Source of the DNA: an uncultured Candidatus Saccharibacteria bacterium
GTDB taxonomy: Bacteria > Patescibacteriota > Minisyncoccia > Phycocordibacterales > GCA-2401445
Direction: 5' to 3'
DNA: 64,000 nt
NCBI GenBank assembly: GCA_964436015.1
Contig: CAYTAR010000001.1
Coordinates: forward strand, 92,321-156,320
This document shows, piece after piece, positions 57,646-64,000 of this stretch. Every line of letters begins with the position of its first letter. Within the stretch, counting starts at the first letter, position 1. Both the position numbers and the translations under genes were made by a program. The notes under the pieces were generated by a model. That model was not told the origin of the DNA. It saw only the letters and a program-made list of their open reading frames with translations, and ran no database searches.

Positions 57646-58509
57646 TTACATAATTCTACAGGTCTTATCTTTGGATACCATACCAAGAGCACCCCATAAA
57701 CCACCAACAGCACCGAGCTCCGCACGTTTAAACACAGGCACTTGAGGGTATAAAGAAAGATGCTTTTTTGTGTGATGTTCAATTCTATCAACCAAAATTG
57801 CAGGGTCACCTACTATCATTGAACCTCCAAGTACCACAACTTCAGGTGTCCAGTGGTATATGGAATTAGCAAGTCCTACACCCAACCATTCCGCAAGCGT
57901 TTCCCATAATTCATCAGTCTGTGGCACCTCATACGGCTTGCACTTAAAACGATGAGTGGTTGCGGTACCCGACACAATGTGCTCAAGTGTGCCCGGTAAC
58001 TCATATCCGAATTTCTCACACAAGGTTCCATCAATATCAATTATCTGGTGTCCCGGTTCAAAACCAATTACATGTGGCGCGAGCTCACCGTGTACAATTT
58101 TAGCGCCCCCAACACCCGTTGATACGGTAATGTACATAACCGCAGAAAAATCTTTCCCTGCTCCATACAAGGCCTCCCCAAGCCCTACGACTGCCGCATC
58201 ATTTTCTATACACACTGGGACACCGAACCGTTTCTGTATTTCCTGACTGAGTGGTTTGTGTTCCCAGTCACGCAAATGAGGTGAATGGAAAAGCGAACTT
58301 CTGTCGGGTGTAAGTATGCCAGAAATGTCTCCCGCAAATCCTTCAATGGTTCGTCCCCCTGCCAACTCACGACTTATTGATTCAAGCACATTCACTCCTT
58401 CCTCAAAATGCTCAGGTGTATCAACTATTCTCGGCGCCTCAAAAGAATTTGCATCAGGTGAATATGCAACGCGCATTTTAGATCCTCCAATGTCAAATAA
58501 AATATGCAT
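57646..58509 (-). CDS. ROK-family sugar kinase (glucokinase-like)
   Basis: Sequence ILFDIGGSKMR and ENDAAVVGLGEALYGAG. Confidence 0.8.
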   Translation of the reverse strand: MHILFDIGGSKMRVAYSPDANSFEAPRIVDTPEHFEEGVNVLESISRELAGGRTIEGFAGDISGILTPDRSSLFHSPHLRDWEHKPLSQEIQKRFGVPVCIENDAAVVGLGEALYGAGKDFSAVMYITVSTGVGGAKIVHGELAPHVIGFEPGHQIIDIDGTLCEKFGYELPGTLEHIVSGTATTHRFKCKPYEVPQTDELWETLAEWLGVGLANSIYHWTPEVVVLGGSMIVGDPAILVDRIEHHTKKHLSLYPQVPVFKRAELGAVGGLWGALGMVSKDKTCRIM

Positions 58510-59477
58510 TATTCAGTTATTTTCTTTTTAAACTCCTCAATAATCTGCACACGTTCGGGGTCAGCGTGGTAGTGATGTGCAGTATACAGCGCAGTCCAGT
58601 CCGCAAGAATAAGCGATCTAAATATCCGCTCAAATGGAGATGATCCTTCAAGAAAAAGACGAGTAACCGAAAGACCTCGAGCTTGATACTGTTCTTCAAG
58701 CACTTCCATCCTCTTTACATTCCGAGGATGATCGGCGCTGTCACGAATAATCAAAAAATGAAGCTTATGTGAGAGGTCTTTAGTACTTTCAAGCACATCC
58801 ATTCCTGCAAGCTCGTTGTGATTTAACTCGGGGAATACATTATAAAACGCCGGAATTTTTCCAGTTTCATTAAATTTAATTTTCCAATTATACGCAATTG
58901 AATGATTTTGCGCGGATGCATACACCACAGGAACAAAACCAGCCATGCCACTCGCAAGTGCTTCACCTTCTCCTCGATACGACTCCACATCAAGTATATT
59001 TCCTAGTGCTGAAACTTCTCTTATCAAATCATCGCGCTTCATAACCGCAAGCAGTGCTAGTAAAGAAAAACCAAGTGCAGAGCGAGGCTGAATGCCTGTA
59101 TTAGGCATTTCAACATACGGAATACCGCGCTCCTTTGCAAATGAAATAAGAGCACCACCAACAGAAATTATCGCAAGTGGGTACCCGCGAGAATGAGCAG
59201 TCTCTGCAAAATCAATTGTTTCTTCAGTATTGCCTGAGTACGAACTCGCAATAAAAAGAGTCTCCTTTGCTTCGCTGGCGACAAACGGCGGTAACCCATA
59301 GTTTTGGTATATTCCTAAATCAATCTCAGGACAAGCGGTTCGGAGTATTCCTCCCGCTAGGTGTGACCCACCCATACCACCCAAGATATACTTTTGGTAT
59401 GTTCCAAGTTTTTCACCATTTGTTATGACAGGTGAAAAAGAAAACTGCTTTGCGAAATTTTTTATTGCTTCTTCCAT
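58509..59477 (-). CDS. Bifunctional phosphoglucose/phosphomannose isomerase (SIS-domain, archaeal-type)
   Basis: Sequence ILGGMGGSHLAGG and SSYSGNTEET SIS motifs, about 320 aa. Confidence 0.75.
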   Translation of the reverse strand: MEEAIKNFAKQFSFSPVITNGEKLGTYQKYILGGMGGSHLAGGILRTACPEIDLGIYQNYGLPPFVASEAKETLFIASSYSGNTEETIDFAETAHSRGYPLAIISVGGALISFAKERGIPYVEMPNTGIQPRSALGFSLLALLAVMKRDDLIREVSALGNILDVESYRGEGEALASGMAGFVPVVYASAQNHSIAYNWKIKFNETGKIPAFYNVFPELNHNELAGMDVLESTKDLSHKLHFLIIRDSADHPRNVKRMEVLEEQYQARGLSVTRLFLEGSSPFERIFRSLILADWTALYTAHHYHADPERVQIIEEFKKKITE

Positions 59478-59492
59478 ATAGATACTATTGTA

Positions 59493-60197
59493 TCATGCAA
59501 GACCTTTCTGATCTGTGAAAAGATGAACATCTGCGAGGGTCTGTAGTAAACGCGCGGGTATTTCAGAAAACGAACCGCCGGGTGTAAGAAGTGCAGTAAG
59601 AGCATTCCTCTTTGCCTCACCTTTAGCAAAAACAACAGAGTGGCGTAACTTTCTCATAAGGGTGATTGTTGTGGTGATCCTACTTGACCACTCAAGTGTC
59701 TCTGCGTCATACGAAACAACCAAATCAGCGTTTTCAAAATAATCGGAAAAAAGCTCGTGCGGAAGTCCAGCTTCTATTCCTGCAGTATGACCGTCTGCTC
59801 CGACACCGAATACTCCAATGGTTTCTCCTGCCTTATTGCCCTCTAACCATTCAGCTAGAAAACTATTGAACCTCTCTGCGAGCTCCTCACTACTTTCATC
59901 ATCTAGAATACTTGTATTAAAAAAATTTACCCCACGATCACAGGCACGTTCATAGAAATTGGTTCGAGCAAGTTGCAAGTAATTATTTATCCTGTCGCTT
60001 ACTGCATACCGTTCATCAAGAACACACACCGTGAGGTGCGGGCCAAGCACTACAGAGTCTATGTGCTCTACTACTGACAATACTGAGCCCCCGGAGACAA
60101 GAAGCAGTGTTTCTTTCTTTCCACGAACTAAGTCAGTAATCTTTTTACCTGCTTTCTTTTCAATACTATTTGAGTCATGTGTGTGAATTGAGACCAT
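59493..60197 (-). CDS. pgl: 6-phosphogluconolactonase
   Basis: Sequence LLVSGGS and GVGADGHTAG of the NagB/Pgl family. Confidence 0.78.
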   Translation of the reverse strand: MVSIHTHDSNSIEKKAGKKITDLVRGKKETLLLVSGGSVLSVVEHIDSVVLGPHLTVCVLDERYAVSDRINNYLQLARTNFYERACDRGVNFFNTSILDDESSEELAERFNSFLAEWLEGNKAGETIGVFGVGADGHTAGIEAGLPHELFSDYFENADLVVSYDAETLEWSSRITTTITLMRKLRHSVVFAKGEAKRNALTALLTPGGSFSEIPARLLQTLADVHLFTDQKGLA

Positions 60198-60227
60198 ACG
60201 GTAAGTATACCAAACACTGTACTTTTT

Positions 60228-60755
60228 GTGTCACCTGTGATACAATACTTTTCAGATATGTCAACATGTACCTTGCAGGAATTGCCTCAACCGCAAACTC
60301 AGCCAAGAGAGCAATCTCTACCTACACTCACACGACAATACACCATGATTGTCGCACCAAGAATCAACCACTCAACAGGAGGGTTCCAGTATCAATACCG
60401 CCAAATACTTTGGTGGTTTGGGTTCTGTGCACCTTCTTTTTTTCATGGAGTGACACACATCGTCTCTTCCCTGCCCGTGCCCGCACTTGAAGAGGTGAAG
60501 GATAAACTGCACATCCCTGACAAGGCAGTATGCGTACCGCTACCTGAATACCATGAGCCCAAGCAGATCCGTGAGATTTGTAACCCTTATGAAGGAGTGC
60601 TGATCTTTCCGAGAATTGATGAAGTCTCCAAAATCATTGAGTCGCTCGGTGCGACCTATCACGGAATTGTCAGTGACCGATTACTGCTCACGGTGACAGA
60701 GGGGGAAACGATGTTTAAGTTTGCCCCTCCTATCGAGGATGAATTCGGCGTGTAG
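60228..60755 (+). CDS. Hypothetical protein
   Basis: A 175-aa ORF followed by a strong terminator (gggcgcaaagca-ttt-gctttgcgccc-ttttttc at 60768-60800). The true start is uncertain. Confidence 0.4.
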   Translation: MSPVIQYFSDMSTCTLQELPQPQTQPREQSLPTLTRQYTMIVAPRINHSTGGFQYQYRQILWWFGFCAPSFFHGVTHIVSSLPVPALEEVKDKLHIPDKAVCVPLPEYHEPKQIREICNPYEGVLIFPRIDEVSKIIESLGATYHGIVSDRLLLTVTEGETMFKFAPPIEDEFGV

Positions 60756-60824
60756 CTTTTAATTCTAGGGCGCAAAGCATTTGCTTTGCGCCCTTTTTTC
60801 TTGCTATAGTAGACACAGAATCAT

Positions 60825-61298
60825 ATGCCAACCTTACCTGCACCTAAAAAATCGCAGTACCTCACTCTGCTTATTCAACCACTACTCACCAAAACGGAAG
60901 AGCTCGAGCGCGACTCAGAAATGAGATTATGGCAACTACACTACCGCAGGAAAGAAATTTTTAATTCAGTCACTGCGGTACTCACCGTACCAGGCATACC
61001 GGCATACAAAATAGTCCAATCCATCAAGGCGGACCAAGCGCGGCACAACCTCATGTACATCAACAGCATTAAACACGTCCTTGAGATTGTTCAAGAGTGT
61101 AGCCTCAGACACAAACACTTGCTCTGTGTTCTGCCACACAGAGAAGTCTGCACTATCGCAGATAGCCTGCTCAAACCAAACCCCCAACCAATCTTAAACA
61201 TCCCCGTTTCGGGTTTGAGCATTAATGTGAGTAATTGCAAACCCTTCATTGTAGATACGTTCTACTTTAACAAAGAAAGCATGTTGTCTATGAGGTAA
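60825..61298 (+). CDS. Hypothetical protein
   Basis: A 157-aa ORF followed by a terminator (accccgagt...actcggggt-ttttttt at 61305-61340). Confidence 0.4.
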   Translation: MPTLPAPKKSQYLTLLIQPLLTKTEELERDSEMRLWQLHYRRKEIFNSVTAVLTVPGIPAYKIVQSIKADQARHNLMYINSIKHVLEIVQECSLRHKHLLCVLPHREVCTIADSLLKPNPQPILNIPVSGLSINVSNCKPFIVDTFYFNKESMLSMR

Positions 61299-61392
61299 GA
61301 CACCACACCCCGAGTAACATACACTCGGGGTGTTTTTTTAACAACAGAGAATGTGGGTTATGAGAGTAAAAAGATCTTATAGTCGGGATACT

Positions 61393-62295
61393 TTATTCTT
61401 CTTGACCTTTAATACTGTGCCCTCCAAACTGATTTCTCATTACAGAAAGAATTTTACCCGTATAAGTGGGACTATCTTTAGACTGTACCCTAAAATCAAA
61501 AGATCCTTGTATTATTGGTGCAGAGACACCGTAACGTCTTCCCGCCTCCACAGTCCACTCTCCTTCTCCAGTATGAGCCACCGTGCCTGAGATTGACTCT
61601 AAATCGACACCATATGTTTCAAAACCGCTTTTAAGCCACCCCACGAGACGCGACTCTATAACACTCTTGTTGTTGTACACACGAGCAACTTCAGGTAAAT
61701 CAATATTAAACGGAGACGCTTTCATAATCGCAAATCCTTCTGCGATTGCCTGCATCATGCCGTACTCAATACCATTGTGCACCATTTTCACAAAGTGCCC
61801 CGCTCCGCTTTCACCCATATACCCGTACGCATTTGGTGCTGAAATATCTCTAAACAATTTTTCATACATAAGGTACACGTCCTTCTTTCCCCCTACCATC
61901 ACACACGCTCCCTCACGTGCCCCTTTTGGACCCCCAGAAACACCCGCATCAAGAAAATTAATTCCCTTTTTAGTACACAGATCAGCTCGACGGCATGTTT
62001 CTGTATACGGTGAATTGCCACCATCAATAACGACATCATCACTCGTAAGAAATGGAAAAATTTCATCAAGAACAGCATCAACCGCAGTATGTGTTACCAT
62101 AATCCACACTACTCTAGGAGTTTCAGTTTCCGTAAGCAAATCTTTCACTGTGTCGGCAACTTGAATTCCTTTTGATCGAGCACTATTTCGAGGACCTTCT
62201 CCTCGATTGAAAGCCCTCACGTTGTGCCCCTTTTCATTCAAGCGCAGAACCATATTCATTCCCATTTTTCCCAAACCAATGTATGCGATATTCAT
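61393..62295 (-). CDS. gnd: 6-phosphogluconate dehydrogenase, short (~300 aa) NAD(P)-binding form
   Basis: Sequence MNIAYIGLGKMGMNMVLRL and a GGKKDVY...GESGAGHFVKMVHNGIEYG block. Confidence 0.85.
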   Translation of the reverse strand: MNIAYIGLGKMGMNMVLRLNEKGHNVRAFNRGEGPRNSARSKGIQVADTVKDLLTETETPRVVWIMVTHTAVDAVLDEIFPFLTSDDVVIDGGNSPYTETCRRADLCTKKGINFLDAGVSGGPKGAREGACVMVGGKKDVYLMYEKLFRDISAPNAYGYMGESGAGHFVKMVHNGIEYGMMQAIAEGFAIMKASPFNIDLPEVARVYNNKSVIESRLVGWLKSGFETYGVDLESISGTVAHTGEGEWTVEAGRRYGVSAPIIQGSFDFRVQSKDSPTYTGKILSVMRNQFGGHSIKGQEE

Positions 62296-62313
62296 AAGTA
62301 TTAAAAATAACTA

Positions 62314-63702
62314 TTATAAACTCCCCTTTTTATACACACGAAGTGGAACATTTTTCCATTTCTCTAAAATTGGTGTGATAAATTTCCACGCGTATAGTAC
62401 TTCGTCAGTGCTTGCAAACAGTGTTTGATCACCCATAACAGCATCTAGGAGTACTTTTTCATACGCATCAACTACTGACTCTTTATCTCCCTCATATGTA
62501 AATGCAAGAGTTCGTTGCTCTAACTCATAGCGAAGGCCTGGTTTTTTTGCCCAAAATATAAGTTCAATAGATTCATTTGGTTGCACCCTAAAGGTAAGTG
62601 TGTTTCGTGATGTACCCACTTCACTTTCAATTCCCAAAAATGAAATAGGAGTATTCTTAAACTGTATTACTATTTCCGCAAGTGAATTTTTCATCGCCTT
62701 ACCCCCTTCAAGAATAAAAGGAACACCTTTGAACCTACGTGAATTAACACGAGCTTCAAGCTTAAAATATGTTTCAGTCTCTGAATCAGGCGATACGCCT
62801 TCAGTTGTTGAGTATCCTTCATACTGACCTCGCACAATGTCCGTGTACGACGAGCATGACAAGCGACGAAAAACTTCTGCTCTCTTTTTGCGAATTTCAG
62901 ACGAAGTGAATAATTGACACGAATCCATCGCGATCACTGCCAACATTTGAAGCATATGGTTCTGTCCAATGTCACGAAGCGCACCAATACTATCGTAAAA
63001 TGCACCGCGAGTAGAAACATCTTGTGACTCATGCATTCTAATCGTCACCGATTCAATGTATCTACTATTCCATACAGGTTCAAACAATTCATTTACAAAA
63101 CGAAACGCAAGTATGTTCTGAAGGGTTTCCTTTGCTAAATAGTGGTCTATACGAAATATTTGCTCCTCCGTAAACAGCTTTCCAAGTAGCCTATCCAACG
63201 CTCGAGCAGTTTTAATATCTCGCCCGAATGGTTTCTCAATCAAAACACGAGTCCATCCTTCTTCTCCTTTACAAGGAGTTGTTAACCCTGAATGTGCTAG
63301 TGAAGTAAGTATGACTTCGTATTGTAGCGGAGGAACCGCCAAATAAAAAAGCTTATTGGAACAAACTCCTTGTTTTCTATCATGCTCTGCAAGAACATCT
63401 CCAAAATCAGTGTAACTGGTTTTTGAATCAAAATTTCCTTGATGGTAATGCACTGATTGTAGAAAAGAGGTAACCGCCTCCTCAGAGTATAATTTCTTTT
63501 TATCTCCGAGTAATTCAGATAAATAAATCCTAAACCCTTCGTCTGAGAATGTCTTTCTTGAAAACCCCCAAATAGTAAACTGCTTAGGAAGTGCCTCTTT
63601 TACGTATAAATCAAGCAATGCAGGTAGTAACTTTTTCTGCGATAAGTCACCCGTGATACCAAAAATCACAAACACAGTTGGTGTAGAAGATGTGTGCGCC
63701 AT
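62314..63702 (-). CDS. zwf: Glucose-6-phosphate 1-dehydrogenase
   Basis: Sequences VIFGITGDLSQKKLLPAL, RIDHYLAKE and EKPFG. Confidence 0.95.
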   Translation of the reverse strand: MAHTSSTPTVFVIFGITGDLSQKKLLPALLDLYVKEALPKQFTIWGFSRKTFSDEGFRIYLSELLGDKKKLYSEEAVTSFLQSVHYHQGNFDSKTSYTDFGDVLAEHDRKQGVCSNKLFYLAVPPLQYEVILTSLAHSGLTTPCKGEEGWTRVLIEKPFGRDIKTARALDRLLGKLFTEEQIFRIDHYLAKETLQNILAFRFVNELFEPVWNSRYIESVTIRMHESQDVSTRGAFYDSIGALRDIGQNHMLQMLAVIAMDSCQLFTSSEIRKKRAEVFRRLSCSSYTDIVRGQYEGYSTTEGVSPDSETETYFKLEARVNSRRFKGVPFILEGGKAMKNSLAEIVIQFKNTPISFLGIESEVGTSRNTLTFRVQPNESIELIFWAKKPGLRYELEQRTLAFTYEGDKESVVDAYEKVLLDAVMGDQTLFASTDEVLYAWKFITPILEKWKNVPLRVYKKGSL

Positions 63703-63781
63703 ACAGCACAGTATATCATGCGCGCTCTACCACAAACACCAAAACATTGACATAATAGCACCTGAATGGTATAAGAAGTTC

Positions 63782-64000
63782 ATGAAAGTTCTTTTAGTAG
63801 ACGACGAATCAATTTGGCGAAACATCAATTCAACTCTCCTTGCGAGAATATCCAAGAATATTACCACCCTTATCGCCGAAAGCGGAGAAGATGCGGTTGA
63901 GTTGCTCAAACTCAACCCAGATATTGATCTGGTAATAACTGACATGGACATGACTCCTGGAGGAATGAGCGGTATTGATGTCCTGCATCACTTGAAAAGA
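63782..64000 (+). CDS. Response-regulator receiver domain, 3'-partial (runs off the window)
   Basis: Sequence MKVLLVDDESIWRN...DLVITDMDMTPGGMSGIDVLHHLKR, with an open frame to position 64000. The listed minus-strand ORF 63727..63951 on the opposite strand is judged spurious. Confidence 0.6.
   Translation, partial: MKVLLVDDESIWRNINSTLLARISKNITTLIAESGEDAVELLKLNPDIDLVITDMDMTPGGMSGIDVLHHLKR

Noticed and set aside
63727-63951. 74-aa minus-strand ORF at the window edge
   Set aside because: The opposite strand encodes a clean response-regulator receiver domain (MKVLLVDDE...DMDMTPGGMSG) with an open frame to the window end. The minus-strand ORF is its shadow.

Overview
This 64-kb window looks like a low-GC, gene-dense bacterial genome, with a gene set typical of a reduced CPR/Patescibacteria-type genome. 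It carries a complete archaeal-type V/A-ATPase operon, two ribosomal-protein blocks, the grpE-dnaK-dnaJ chaperone genes, four aminoacyl-tRNA synthetase and tRNA-modification genes, dnaB and recR, a small DNA-repair and nuclease cluster, and an oxidative pentose-phosphate gene cluster. Against this ordinary core, several accessory or anomalous regions stand out.

- **GC-rich island at about 38.4-42.7 kb, the main candidate for a novel system.** It sits between mnmA and mltG and encodes a 512-aa protein with IS110-family (Transposase_20-like) signatures. Two 62-bp direct repeats with an embedded 22-bp palindrome flank this gene, and a ~570-bp highly structured non-coding region lies 5' of it. 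This layout is compatible with an IS110-like, possibly bridge-RNA-guided, recombinase element.
- **Pyrimidine-rich repeat family and palindrome.** A dispersed (TCTCTAATCTC)n-type repeat family occurs at three loci and shares an identical 38-mer at two of them. A 40-bp perfect palindrome lies within the first locus.
- **Candidate small RNA.** A ~130-nt transcript with a perfect TTGACA-N17-TATAAT promoter and an intrinsic terminator is framed by 24-bp direct repeats between a histidine kinase and ychF.
- **Regulatory cluster with foreign-looking inserts.** An ECF-sigma, OmpR-response-regulator and histidine-kinase cluster contains GC-rich inserted genes.
- **11-mer-repeat protein.** A Gly/Ala/Val-rich protein with 11-residue periodicity lies in a very AT-rich pocket.
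- **Small genes missed by the ORF track.** These are rpmJ, a 45-aa zinc-ribbon ORF and a partial response regulator at the 3' edge.

All functional calls rest on recalled family motifs, not on searches.
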